Notes under the pieces: model-generated
The model's input: only the letters and a program-made list of their open reading frames with translations
Database searches by the model: none
What the model was told of the DNA's origin: nothing
Shown here: positions 9,683 to 19,147 of the stretch, one piece after another
Layout: each line of letters opens with the position of its first letter
Position numbering within the stretch: the stretch's first letter is position 1
DNA from: Terriglobia bacterium
GTDB lineage: Bacteria > Acidobacteriota > Terriglobia > 20CM-2-55-15
Assembly: GCA_965198225.1 (NCBI GenBank)
Contig: CBDAOY010000008.1
Coordinates: forward strand, 704,001 to 768,000
DNA length: 64,000 nucleotides
Direction: 5' to 3'
Translations under genes and position numbers: made by a program

Positions 9683-9779
9683 TCTTTCGGGTCATTCCGC
9701 GTAACGAAAGAAAGGCCGGCGGTCATCGAACGCCGCTCCGAAAACAACTGACTACCGGCAACTGACTACTGACTACTTC

Positions 9780-11006
9780 CTAAATAACTCCCATCCGCCG
9801 TCCCACCTTTTCGAATGCCCCCAAAGCCCGGTCCATATCCTCTCGACCGAGGGCCGCGTGGTCTCCCGAAATCTGGGCCCGGAGGCGAGCTTCTCCGAGC
9901 GGTACGACCGGATACCAGAGTCCTTTGATGTAAACCCCTTCTTCGAGCAACGCGGCGCTCATTTCCATAGCAACCGAGGCCTCACCGAGCATGATGGGCA
10001 CGATCGGGTGCGCCCCTTCGATGATCTCGAAGCCGAGTGCCTGAATCTGGCGGCGGAAATAGTCCGTGTTGTCGTGAAGCTGCTGGATAAGCGCGTTGTC
10101 CTTCATCAGAACGTCGAGGGCTTCGATCGCTGCCAGGACGATCGAAGGCGGCAGGGAATTCGAAAAGGTGTAGGGGCGGGATTTCTGCCTCAGGAAATCG
10201 ATCATCCGGGCTTCTCCGGCCACGTAGCCCCCGGCCGCGCCTCCCAGAGCCTTTCCGAGGGTGCCGCTGAGGACTTCCACCTGGCCGAGGACGCCCTGCG
10301 CCTCCGGAGTGCCTCTTCCGGTTTCGCCGACGACTCCGACGCCATGCGAGTCGTCGATGAAGAGCACGTGGCCGAACTCTCGGGAGAGTTCGATCAACTC
10401 CGGTACGGGAGCCAGATCACCTTCCATGCTGAACACCCCGTCGGACGCCACAAACCCAAAGCGGTAGGAGATTTCGCGTGAATCGGTTTCCAGCATCTGT
10501 CGGAGATTCGCGGTGTCGACGTGCTCGTAGATCTTCCTGTGAACCACTTCAGCCCGGCAGAGACGGGTTCCGTCGATGATGCTGGCGTGGTTGAGACGGT
10601 CGCTGTAGATCACGTCACGATACAGCTCCAGTCCCATTCTCTCGTTGATTATGGCAGCGAAGAAACCTTCGTTCGCCGCGTAGCAGGAAGAGAACAGAAT
10701 GCTGTCTTCGGTGCCGAGAAACTCTGCCAGTTTCTCCTCCAGCCGGCGATGAATCGTCAGAGTGCCGCAGATGAAGCGGACCGACGAAACACCGTACCCG
10801 TAGTCCCGTATGCCTCGGATAGCCGCTTCCCGGATTCGGGGATCCGATGCGAGGCCCAGGTAGTTGTTCGATGCAAGCATGACCACATCGCGGTCCCCGA
10901 CGCGGACAATGGCCCCCTGCTCGGAATCGATCAGCGTTTCGTCCTTGTACGTCTTGGTTTCTTCCAGACGGTTCAGTTCGTCGGCGATCGCATCATGGAG
11001 GTTCAT
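9780..11006 (-). CDS. kbl: glycine C-acetyltransferase (2-amino-3-ketobutyrate CoA ligase)
   Basis: SNNYLGL, SVRFICGT, NHASIIDG, DGVFSMEG, DDSHG, TLGKALGG, RPYTFSN; overlaps tdh stop. Confidence 0.93.
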   Translation of the reverse strand: MNLHDAIADELNRLEETKTYKDETLIDSEQGAIVRVGDRDVVMLASNNYLGLASDPRIREAAIRGIRDYGYGVSSVRFICGTLTIHRRLEEKLAEFLGTEDSILFSSCYAANEGFFAAIINERMGLELYRDVIYSDRLNHASIIDGTRLCRAEVVHRKIYEHVDTANLRQMLETDSREISYRFGFVASDGVFSMEGDLAPVPELIELSREFGHVLFIDDSHGVGVVGETGRGTPEAQGVLGQVEVLSGTLGKALGGAAGGYVAGEARMIDFLRQKSRPYTFSNSLPPSIVLAAIEALDVLMKDNALIQQLHDNTDYFRRQIQALGFEIIEGAHPIVPIMLGEASVAMEMSAALLEEGVYIKGLWYPVVPLGEARLRAQISGDHAALGREDMDRALGAFEKVGRRMGVI

Positions 11007-12235
11007 GGCTTCAACAGTACCTTGATTGCATCACGACGCATGATGGCCGTGATGCCGGTTTCGAACTCGTCGAGCGGCAGCTCGTGGGTCACGAACCCGC
11101 CCGCCAGCAGCTCATCTGCCAGCCCCGCCCGCAGCAGGTTTCTCATCGTCTCCCAGGTCCGGAACACGCGGCGTCCGATGATACCCTTGAGAGTCACGCC
11201 ACGGAAAATGACATCGTTCGCAAAGTTCATTTCGATCTTATCCTCCGGCATACCGAGCAGTGCCATCGTGCCTCCCATCCTGATGATATCGAGGCCGTCG
11301 CGGTAGGCGCCGTAGTTCCCCGACATCTCCAGGACCGCATCCACGCCGGTTCCGTTGGTTTCCTCGGCCACGACGCTCTTGAGCCGCTCGCGGGCGCCGG
11401 CAAGACCCAGGTCGAAGCAGTGGTCGGCGCCGAAACGGAGTGCAAGTGAAAACAAAGTCCTTTCGACGTATTCCGGGCCTCGCTCCGAGCCTGGAGGAGT
11501 GAAATCGGTGACGTAGATCTTCGAGGCCCCGCTGCGCCGCGCCAACGCCGTAGCCATCAGTCCTTGAACGCCGGCTCCGAGGATTGCGACGGATTTGCCG
11601 GCAAGGTCGACCTCACCCACCGTGTGGACCGCGTTCCCAAGGGCATCCATGAACGCGATCGCCTCGACGGGGATCTCCCCCTTGCGAAAGACCACGACGT
11701 TCGACGCGGAGATGACGACGTATTCGGCGAACGCCCCGTGTTCATGGAGACCCTTGATGATGGTGTTCTGGCAATGGTGCCGGTCTCCCAGTCGGCACTG
11801 GTAGCACCAGCCACATGTAATGTGCATTTCCGCCGAACAATAAAAGTGTTCTTCGATGAATTCCACGAACCGACGATCTTCGGCAAGTTCGTACGCACTT
11901 CGGCCCTCGACGAAAGCGTCGACCGTGTCGTCCTGCACCGCATGATGTGCAATCATGCCGGCCAGTCGGACTCGTGCGGATTGCGCTGCGTCGACGATCT
12001 GTCCGCAGAACTCATGGCCCAGGATCACCGGGTTCGTTCGTGCTCCGAGCATGGCGTCACGGAACGCGTGCTTGCTCTTGTAGATTCCGACGTCGCTGCC
12101 ACAGATGCCGGCGGCCACTACTCGGATCTTGACTTCATCGGGGTGGGCGAGGTCGGGCGTGGGGAGCTCTTCAAGCGTCAGTCCCTCCGGCCAGTCTTGG
12201 CCCTCCGAGGGCCTGCTCTTGACGATGGCTTTCAT
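11003..12235 (-). CDS. tdh: L-threonine 3-dehydrogenase (Zn-dependent MDR) with an insertion
   Basis: GICGSD, GHEFCG, CGWCYQC..C, DALGNAVH, LEMSG, KGIIGRR; coupled to kbl; start at MKAIVK. Confidence 0.88.
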   Translation of the reverse strand: MKAIVKSRPSEGQDWPEGLTLEELPTPDLAHPDEVKIRVVAAGICGSDVGIYKSKHAFRDAMLGARTNPVILGHEFCGQIVDAAQSARVRLAGMIAHHAVQDDTVDAFVEGRSAYELAEDRRFVEFIEEHFYCSAEMHITCGWCYQCRLGDRHHCQNTIIKGLHEHGAFAEYVVISASNVVVFRKGEIPVEAIAFMDALGNAVHTVGEVDLAGKSVAILGAGVQGLMATALARRSGASKIYVTDFTPPGSERGPEYVERTLFSLALRFGADHCFDLGLAGARERLKSVVAEETNGTGVDAVLEMSGNYGAYRDGLDIIRMGGTMALLGMPEDKIEMNFANDVIFRGVTLKGIIGRRVFRTWETMRNLLRAGLADELLAGGFVTHELPLDEFETGITAIMRRDAIKVLLKP

Positions 12236-12466
12236 CAGAGGCTCATAGTATGCGGGTGAAAAACGCGGCCTAGTGTAGCAAGAAATGACTACAGTGAAGC
12301 CCCCCGTTTGACGATGAGAGTATTGAAACGGTCGTTTGGAGTATCCGAACGTCCGAAGCGGAGGGCTCTTTATCAAGGGGAGGAGCCCTCCGCGTTGTAC
12401 CCCTCGGCGGGGCGCCAGACAAACGCGCCGTTCTAGTTCTCTGCCGCCGTTTCGTAACGTGCCGCC

Positions 12467-12622
12467 ATGAGAAAATTGCTACGACGCCTGCTGTTTTTCG
12501 GCCTGCTTTTTGAGGGGCTGGGAATGATCAATCTGCCCGTTGTACTGACCGCAATCACCGTCGCAATAGCGATAACTGTGTTTAGTCATCTTTTGCTCGT
12601 TCGAGGCACGAATTCCGCTTGA
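12467..12622 (+). CDS. small hydrophobic protein (51 aa), below the ORF-track cut-off
   Basis: MRKLLRRLLFFGLLFEGLGMINLPVVLTAITVAIAITVFSHLLLVRGTNSA. Confidence 0.45.
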   Translation: MRKLLRRLLFFGLLFEGLGMINLPVVLTAITVAIAITVFSHLLLVRGTNSA

Positions 12623-12673
12623 TTCTCTCCTGCTGAGGTAATACTCTAGGCCCCCTGTTCCGGAGGCAAGTCG

Positions 12674-13036
12674 ATGCGGTTTTTTCTGCTGTTGGTTACT
12701 GTCGCGTATGTTCAACCGCTAAGCGCGCTGGACCAATCAAAGCAGGTCAGCCCGTCTATCGAGGCCATCGCTCGCGCCATATCCCACGAACAAATCGACG
12801 TCGCTTTGGTGAAGCTCGACAGCTTCGATAGTGTGGTTGCGCGGCTGACAACAAGTCCGGACCGGGAACGCGGGTTCCACGACGGGAATGTGAACGAATA
12901 CACTCTGAAGGATGTTTCGGCAGGCGGCTACACCCTTGGTGTCCGAGCCGTCGGGCGCGAAGCTCCAGTGAGCCTGGTCGGCGCCCACGTCAACCCACCA
13001 CGCGGGGAGACCGTCAACAGGGTCGCACCGCAGTAA
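12674..13036 (+). CDS. hypothetical exported protein
   Basis: GGAGG RBS, signal peptide. Confidence 0.5.
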   Translation: MRFFLLLVTVAYVQPLSALDQSKQVSPSIEAIARAISHEQIDVALVKLDSFDSVVARLTTSPDRERGFHDGNVNEYTLKDVSAGGYTLGVRAVGREAPVSLVGAHVNPPRGETVNRVAPQ

Positions 13037-13182
13037 AATCCTAAACCAACCCGGTTCGTGTTTTGATCGGGGATTTTGCGACGTGTGAGGATCAGCCCCT
13101 GCACGCAGGAAGCGAAAAAAGAGGGCCACCCTTCGTGCGCTTCTGTTAGCTCGACGGACTTTTTCATTTAATACCAGCGACC

Positions 13183-14643
13183 GTGGGACCTGCGACATTG
13201 ACTAGCCAAGCTCTGATTCTTACCGACGACAGCAAACTGGCACAGTCCTTGACCGAGACGCTGGGGTCTTGCAAGTTCGGGTCAGGCGCGACGGCCGAGC
13301 CGGAGAGTGCGTTGAAGAGGCTGCGTTCGAGGAAGACGGCCCTCGTCCTTGTCGACCTGGATCTCTCTTCCAGCGACCCAATTGCTTTCCTGGCAAAGGC
13401 GCAGAAGGCTGCGCCTTCGGCGATCCTCATGCCGCTGGCGAGCCACGAATCGATCATGCGGGCCGCGGAAGCAGGAGAGCTGGGCCTTCACCAATACTTG
13501 AAGAAACCGGTGCATGTCGAAGAAATACGAATGGCGTTGGATCAGACAAAGATCGTAGCGCAGATTCGCGACGAGCTTGCGGGGTTGCAGGCCGCGATGG
13601 CCGGGCTGCACGGTTCAGCGGAGCTGTACGGTTCGAGTCCCGAGATCCAGTCGGTCTTGAAAGTGGTTGGTCAGGCCGCTGCGACCTCGGCAAACGTGAT
13701 GATCCTGGGCGAGCCGGGTACCGGCAAGCGCCTGATCGGTGAAGTCCTGCATCGCGACAGTTCGAGAAACTCCGGCCGATTCCTCCACCTCAGTTGTGCC
13801 GGTTTGAGCGAGACGCTTATCGAGAGCGAGTTGTTCGGCCACGAAGAGGGCGCATACGCCGGGGCCCGAGCACGCCAACTGGGCCGGCTTGAATTGTGTG
13901 ACGGCGGCACACTCTTCATCGATGAGATCGGCGAACTACCGCGCAAGGTCCAGGACAAACTACTACGTTTCCTGACCACCCAGACGTTTCAGGTGCTCGG
14001 GCGGCGGGGTTCTCTCTCCACCGCCGACGTCCGGATCGTTACGGCTTCGAGTCAGCACCTGGAGCAATTCGTCCGTGATGGCCGGTTCAACAGGGAGTTG
14101 TTTCAGCGACTCAACGGGATCCAGATCAAGGTGCCGACTCTGCAGCAGCGAAAGAGCGACATCCCGGCGCTGGTCGATCAATTCATGCGCGACATCGCGC
14201 GTAGCAGGACGGAGCCGGTCCGCACGATCACGCCGGACGCACTCGCCAGGCTGATGCAATACGATTGGCCCGGGAACGTCCGGGAACTGGAATCAACGAT
14301 TGCTCATGCAGTACCCCTGGCTGCGGAAGGATGCATCGGGATGGCCGATTTGCCGCCGTTCCCCGAGCCGGCCGAAACGGAGCAGGCGCCGCCTCTGATA
14401 CCAGGAGCGACGATCCAGGAAATCGAACGGGAAGCCATCGTCCGGACCCTGGAGTACGTCGGTGGCTCGACCACCCGGGCGGCGAGAACCCTCAACATGA
14501 GCGTTCGCAAGATTCAATACAAGCTGAAGGAGTACCGCCTCACGGCGGCCGTCCGTTCCGAAACCCACCGGGCCGTTCCTTCCGAAAAACCCTTCCCGAA
14601 GAAGCGCGCAGTTTTCATCGGTGGGGTCGACTCAGCCGATTGA
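13183..14643 (+). CDS. NtrC-family REC-AAA+-HTH regulator with an atypical GAFTGA loop
   Basis: GEPGTGK, ESELFGHEEGAYAGA, TLFIDEIG, WPGNVRELE, Fis-type HTH. Confidence 0.9.
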   Translation: MGPATLTSQALILTDDSKLAQSLTETLGSCKFGSGATAEPESALKRLRSRKTALVLVDLDLSSSDPIAFLAKAQKAAPSAILMPLASHESIMRAAEAGELGLHQYLKKPVHVEEIRMALDQTKIVAQIRDELAGLQAAMAGLHGSAELYGSSPEIQSVLKVVGQAAATSANVMILGEPGTGKRLIGEVLHRDSSRNSGRFLHLSCAGLSETLIESELFGHEEGAYAGARARQLGRLELCDGGTLFIDEIGELPRKVQDKLLRFLTTQTFQVLGRRGSLSTADVRIVTASSQHLEQFVRDGRFNRELFQRLNGIQIKVPTLQQRKSDIPALVDQFMRDIARSRTEPVRTITPDALARLMQYDWPGNVRELESTIAHAVPLAAEGCIGMADLPPFPEPAETEQAPPLIPGATIQEIEREAIVRTLEYVGGSTTRAARTLNMSVRKIQYKLKEYRLTAAVRSETHRAVPSEKPFPKKRAVFIGGVDSAD

Positions 14644-14949
14644 AACCACCAAACAATACTTGATTCTTGAGCAGGCGTTCAGCCATCAGCTTTCAGTTCA
14701 ATCGGATGGGATTGTCCTCCCATTTTCGAAGTAGCTGAAGGCTGAACGCTGAGGGCTGATCGCAGGCTTCATCTCGTAAATCTGAGAGCAAAAAACCCTC
14801 AAACTCGAGGATCAAGCGTCCCGAAAACCCTTTTCGGCTGAATGACTTCGCGCGATAAAATTAATTGTGTTACAGTTATTTCTGTTTTTGTCGATGAAAA
14901 CGTTTAGAGGACCGTTGGTCCAACCGCTACGGAGGCAAGAGAGAATACG

Positions 14950-15276
14950 ATGCCGTGGTCGGCAGCGCATGGTTTCAGGTTTACGAGCGCATCCATCTTG
15001 TCGAATGTTCCGAGGAAGCCGGGAGTCTTCGGGTTGTACAACGATCAGGGTTGGGTGTTCATCGGGCAGGGGGAGAGCCTTCAGCAGTCCCTGTTCCAGT
15101 GTTTGGACAAGAGTCGCGAGTACTTCTGGCCGAACGAACCGCAAGGTTATACCTTCGAACTCTGCCACGCCGCCGATTGCAACGTGAGACGCGATCAACT
15201 GATTCTCGAATACTATCCCATCCGCAACCACCTGCCTGAAGCGGCCCGATACCACGCCAAGAGTCGCGAAGCCTAG
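14950..15276 (+). CDS. small GIY-YIG-like protein, degenerate
   Basis: P.KPGVFGLY...WVFIGQG..L, C-terminal LILEYYPIRN. Confidence 0.6.
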   Translation: MPWSAAHGFRFTSASILSNVPRKPGVFGLYNDQGWVFIGQGESLQQSLFQCLDKSREYFWPNEPQGYTFELCHAADCNVRRDQLILEYYPIRNHLPEAARYHAKSREA

Positions 15277-15547
15277 TGACCTGTAACAGTGCTATCGGTA
15301 CCAGCGTTCGGCGGAACGGCGTCGGATTCTAGGAGTGACGCCCGAGCCAATGCTGTTTCATTGCGAGGGCGTTACGACACCGAAGACGGCGCCGTTGGGC
15401 CGAACCCTTCGGGCCGATGGGGGTTGCGGGCGATCTCTTTGTCGGAAGCCGTCACCGATGAATGAGCATCGCTTTCCGTCTCCCTCCTCGACCTCGCCCG
15501 CAAGACCCATCGGCGATGGTGCCGATAGCACTGTTACAGGCCACTAG
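15273..15547. mobile_element. MITE, family B (275 bp)
   Basis: 30-bp terminal inverted repeats with 2 mismatches: CTAGTGACCTGTAACAGTGCTATCGGTACC ... GGTGCCGATAGCACTGTTACAGGCCACTAG; no transposase. Confidence 0.85.
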
Positions 15548-15680
15548 CCAGCCCGTTTAGTCGCAGTTTGTGCCATGTCCAGTGAACCGGAAGCGTGAGG
15601 TTCCGGCTGCCGCGGACCGGGGAAGCCCCGATTGGCAGCCGAAGCCGCACGGAACCGATCTTGCACTTGTGTTCGGCACG

Positions 15681-16007
15681 ATGACCCTACGTCGAAGCGA
15701 GAAACGGGACGGCACCGCGCGCCGACCCTACCGGGTCCGATGCCGGAAGTGCGGTCGCCGGTTCAACCTGTTCGACGCATCATGGTGTGGCTGCCGGCAC
15801 CACCGGCCGACAAAGGTGTGTCCGCACTGTCGCAGGTGCCTGTGCGACCTGCCCGGCTACGACGACAAATTAGATGAAAATCGTGCCGAACCGCGGAAGT
15901 CGGGCTCCTGCTGGGTCGAGCCTCCTGACAATCCGTCCTGCTGGGTCGAGCCTCCTGACACGTTCCGGCGTCGCGGTTTCGATCCGCTAATGGTGTACTA
16001 CCTGTGA
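15681..16007 (+). CDS. small Cys-rich (Zn-finger-like) protein
   Basis: CRKC-x10-CGC-x8-CPHCRRCLC; start uncertain. Confidence 0.65.
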   Translation: MTLRRSEKRDGTARRPYRVRCRKCGRRFNLFDASWCGCRHHRPTKVCPHCRRCLCDLPGYDDKLDENRAEPRKSGSCWVEPPDNPSCWVEPPDTFRRRGFDPLMVYYL

Positions 16008-16277
16008 AGGCCGTTTGGTCCTGGTGTACCAGGTGTTTCCCCATTCTCAAATCTCGAATCTCCAACCTCGAATTTCCAATGCGGAATTTCCGTTAGTCAA
16101 ATCTGCAATGACCGCGCAGTGTCGACCTCCAAACGCATCGCAGATCTTTCATCGAAAAATCCCCATTGGAGACTTGGTGATTCGAAAATGGAAATTGGAT
16201 ATTGTCGGAGCCAACCGATCGGAAATTTCGGAATCTCCAGCAAGACCCATCCGATTGAGGTGTTAGCTGACCGCTGA

Positions 16278-17165
16278 TCACCGGACTTCGCGGGGTAGCG
16301 TGCCTCTCATGACGAACTCGCGGGTCGTGGGCTCCCCATCGGGCCCCATGATGTGAATGCGGAATCCCGGCCGATTCTCGTCGCCCGTCAGCTCCACGGG
16401 ATAGGAACCCCGCAGGTTTCGGAGCCGGAGTGTCGTTTCGTACTGGCGTTCATCGAGGTTCCAGATGAACACCCGGATTCCGTCGAAGTCCAGCCCGGGT
16501 GCCGTCTCGGGACGGCGCTCGGCGACGACGTACCAGTCTATAGGTCCTTCTTCGGGATCTTCGACCCGTTTCAACCGTTGCACGGCCGTGTAGACGCGTC
16601 CCTCAGTGAATGGGCGGATGGGCTCGGGAATGTCGTACTCCATCAACTGGTGGTAAACCCAGCCCACCTCGTCGGCCGAAGGGCGAACCTTGAACCAGAT
16701 GTCGGTCGAATCGCTGTCCGGACGCGGTGTGGTGGCCCGTTCCAGTACCTCCAGCACTGCACCCCGTCGTAGACGACGGATGATCGTCGTTTGACGGCCG
16801 GGTTCCAACCGAAGGTTGACCTGATCGGTGGCGCGCGCCGTGTTCTGCACAGGCTGATCCAGGGCGTCGGCGACCCGCGCGACGAGAACCTGCCGGGTGG
16901 AGTCGCGGATCAGGGTGCTTTCTGCCATCCAGCCTTCGATCAGATCCTGGTCCCGGACCCGATACCACGTGCCCTGCTTCTCGATGATCGAAACGCGGTT
17001 CCCCTCGTCGAGCGTGAACATCGTTCGCGACGAAGGGCTCCCGTCGATGCGAACCGACGTGTTGTCGCGTAGGATCGTTGCTTCATCGATTGCGGGGTCC
17101 ATGGCCGGGACACAGCTCGCCGCGAGCACCACTAGACCGATCAGACAGGTTTGAATACCTTTCAT
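16278..17165 (-). CDS. SH3-domain lipoprotein
   Basis: Lipobox LAASC; two SH3b-like repeats (WYRVR..EGWM; VNLRLEPG..WFKVR..VGWVY). Confidence 0.85.
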   Translation of the reverse strand: MKGIQTCLIGLVVLAASCVPAMDPAIDEATILRDNTSVRIDGSPSSRTMFTLDEGNRVSIIEKQGTWYRVRDQDLIEGWMAESTLIRDSTRQVLVARVADALDQPVQNTARATDQVNLRLEPGRQTTIIRRLRRGAVLEVLERATTPRPDSDSTDIWFKVRPSADEVGWVYHQLMEYDIPEPIRPFTEGRVYTAVQRLKRVEDPEEGPIDWYVVAERRPETAPGLDFDGIRVFIWNLDERQYETTLRLRNLRGSYPVELTGDENRPGFRIHIMGPDGEPTTREFVMRGTLPREVR

Positions 17166-17242
17166 AGCACGGTGTTACGGCTCGCCCTCGGGTCAGCCTC
17201 ACTCGTTCCAAATTATATTACGATGGGATAAGATTGGTCCCT

Positions 17243-17494
17243 ATGGCCGGGCAATCTGAAGAAACTCCCGACTTCGAGGCGGCGCTCGAGAGGCTGGAAG
17301 AGATCGTCAAGGCTCTCGAGGACGGGGAGCTCGCACTGGACTCGTCCCTGGAACTGTTCGAAGAAGGGATCCGGTTGTCCAGGCTATGTCACGGAAAGCT
17401 GGAGCAGGCTGAGCGACGCGTCGAGCTACTGCTCAAGGATGCCTCCGGTCAGGTCCGCGCAGTGGATTTCGAAGCGGATGACGATGAAAACTAG
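17243..17494 (+). CDS. xseB: exodeoxyribonuclease VII small subunit
   Basis: FEAALERLEEIV..LE.G.L.L..SL..FEEG..L...C...L..AE. Confidence 0.95.
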   Translation: MAGQSEETPDFEAALERLEEIVKALEDGELALDSSLELFEEGIRLSRLCHGKLEQAERRVELLLKDASGQVRAVDFEADDDEN

Positions 17495-18389
17495 CGAGAA
17501 CGGCGGCGGGAATCCGGAGGTTTTCTTCGATCAGGTCCGTCCCGCGGTCGATGAGACTCTCGATCGTCTGCTCCCTGCTGAGGACGTCCCGCCGGCGGCC
17601 CTGCACCGGGCGATGCGATACAGCGTGTTCGCAGGCGGCAAGAGAATGCGCCCACTCCTCTGCATCGCCGGTTACTCTGCGTTCCGCGACGATTGGCGTC
17701 GGGTTCTGCCGGTGTCGTCGACCCTGGAACTCGTGCACACCTACTCGCTGATCCACGACGATCTCCCTTCTATGGACGACGACGATTGGCGTCGGGGAAT
17801 CCCATCCTGCCACAAGGTCCACGGCGAGGCGATGGCGATACTGGCCGGCGACGGCCTGCTCACGCTGGCGTTCGAGACACTGGCAATGACTGACTTTACG
17901 GGCGAGCAGATACGGCACGTTACCGCGCGGCTCGCGCGGGCGGCCGGGACATCACGGGGAATGATTGCCGGTCAGGTCATGGATCTGGCGGCGGAAGGGA
18001 ATAGCATCGACCAGGCCGAGCTGGAATCGATTCACCGCTACAAGACAGGCGCGTTGCTGCAGGCGTCGATCGAGATCGGGTCTTACCTGGCTGATGCAGG
18101 AGAGGCCGCGATGGAGAGCATCGGTGACTATGGACGGAAAGTCGGGCTGGCGTTCCAGATCGTGGACGACATCCTCGACGAGACCGCCTCGAGCGATACT
18201 CTGGGCAAGACGTCAGGCAAGGACAGGAAGCAGCGCAAAGCAACCTACCCCTCCGTGCACGGCATCGAGGCCTCACGCCGGATGGTCGGCAGGATCACAG
18301 CCCAGGCCCGGGAGCGTACACGGTCCCTGGGCGATCGTGGCGAACTGCTGGTTCACATCGCCGACTACCTGGAGAAGCGGTCGAATTGA
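17484..18389 (+). CDS. ispA: farnesyl/geranylgeranyl diphosphate synthase
   Basis: GGKRMRP, HTYSLIHDDLPSMDDDDWRRG, GQVMD, KTGALL, FQIVDDILD. Confidence 0.95.
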   Translation: MKTSENGGGNPEVFFDQVRPAVDETLDRLLPAEDVPPAALHRAMRYSVFAGGKRMRPLLCIAGYSAFRDDWRRVLPVSSTLELVHTYSLIHDDLPSMDDDDWRRGIPSCHKVHGEAMAILAGDGLLTLAFETLAMTDFTGEQIRHVTARLARAAGTSRGMIAGQVMDLAAEGNSIDQAELESIHRYKTGALLQASIEIGSYLADAGEAAMESIGDYGRKVGLAFQIVDDILDETASSDTLGKTSGKDRKQRKATYPSVHGIEASRRMVGRITAQARERTRSLGDRGELLVHIADYLEKRSN

Positions 18390-19147
18390 AGAAAGCGCGC
18401 ATCGACAGACTTCTGGTCGACAGGGGCCTGGTGGAGACACGGGAGCGTGCCCGTGCGTTGATCATGGCCGGCGACGTCCTGGTCGGCGATCGACCGGTCA
18501 CCAAGGCCGGCGCCGGTGTCGACGTCGAGGCTGAGGTTCGACTGCGCCGCCCGACGCACCCCTATGTGGGCCGCGGGGGTGTGAAGCTAAGGGGCGCGCT
18601 CGACGCGCTCGAGATCGACCCAACCGGACAGACGTGCGCGGACATCGGTTCCTCGACCGGTGGATTCACCCACTGCCTTTTGTTGGCGGGCGCCCGGCTC
18701 GTGTACGCCATCGACGTGGACACAACGCAGCTCGACTGGAAACTCCAGGGCGACGACAGGGTAGTCCCCGTCGAGGGCAACGCGCGCTATCTTCAGCAGG
18801 ACTGGATACCCGAGGCCCTCGACCTGGTGACCATCGATGTGTCGTTCATCTCCGTCTCGAGGATACTCTCGCGCATTCCCGCCGTGCTCGCGGACGCGGG
18901 CCGTTGCCTGGCACTGGTTAAACCGCAATTCGAACTGGGCCCGGGTCTGGTCGGGAAGGGTGGGATCGTGACCGACCCGGCACTGCATCGCGAGGCGGTG
19001 CGGAATGTGATCGATTCGGCGGGGCCAACCAGGCTCGTCTTCCGGGCGGAGTGTCCGTCTCCCATAACCGGAAAAGAAGGGAATCGGGAGTTCTTCGTCC
19101 TTTTCGACAATGAGCGAGCTGCTTCGGATGCTCGCCGAGAACGATGA
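18386..19147 (+). CDS. tlyA: TlyA family rRNA methyltransferase
   Basis: S4 domain, YVGRGGVKL, DIGSSTGGFT, DVSFIS, LVKPQFE, SPITG..GNREF. Confidence 0.95.
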   Translation: MKKARIDRLLVDRGLVETRERARALIMAGDVLVGDRPVTKAGAGVDVEAEVRLRRPTHPYVGRGGVKLRGALDALEIDPTGQTCADIGSSTGGFTHCLLLAGARLVYAIDVDTTQLDWKLQGDDRVVPVEGNARYLQQDWIPEALDLVTIDVSFISVSRILSRIPAVLADAGRCLALVKPQFELGPGLVGKGGIVTDPALHREAVRNVIDSAGPTRLVFRAECPSPITGKEGNREFFVLFDNERAASDARRER

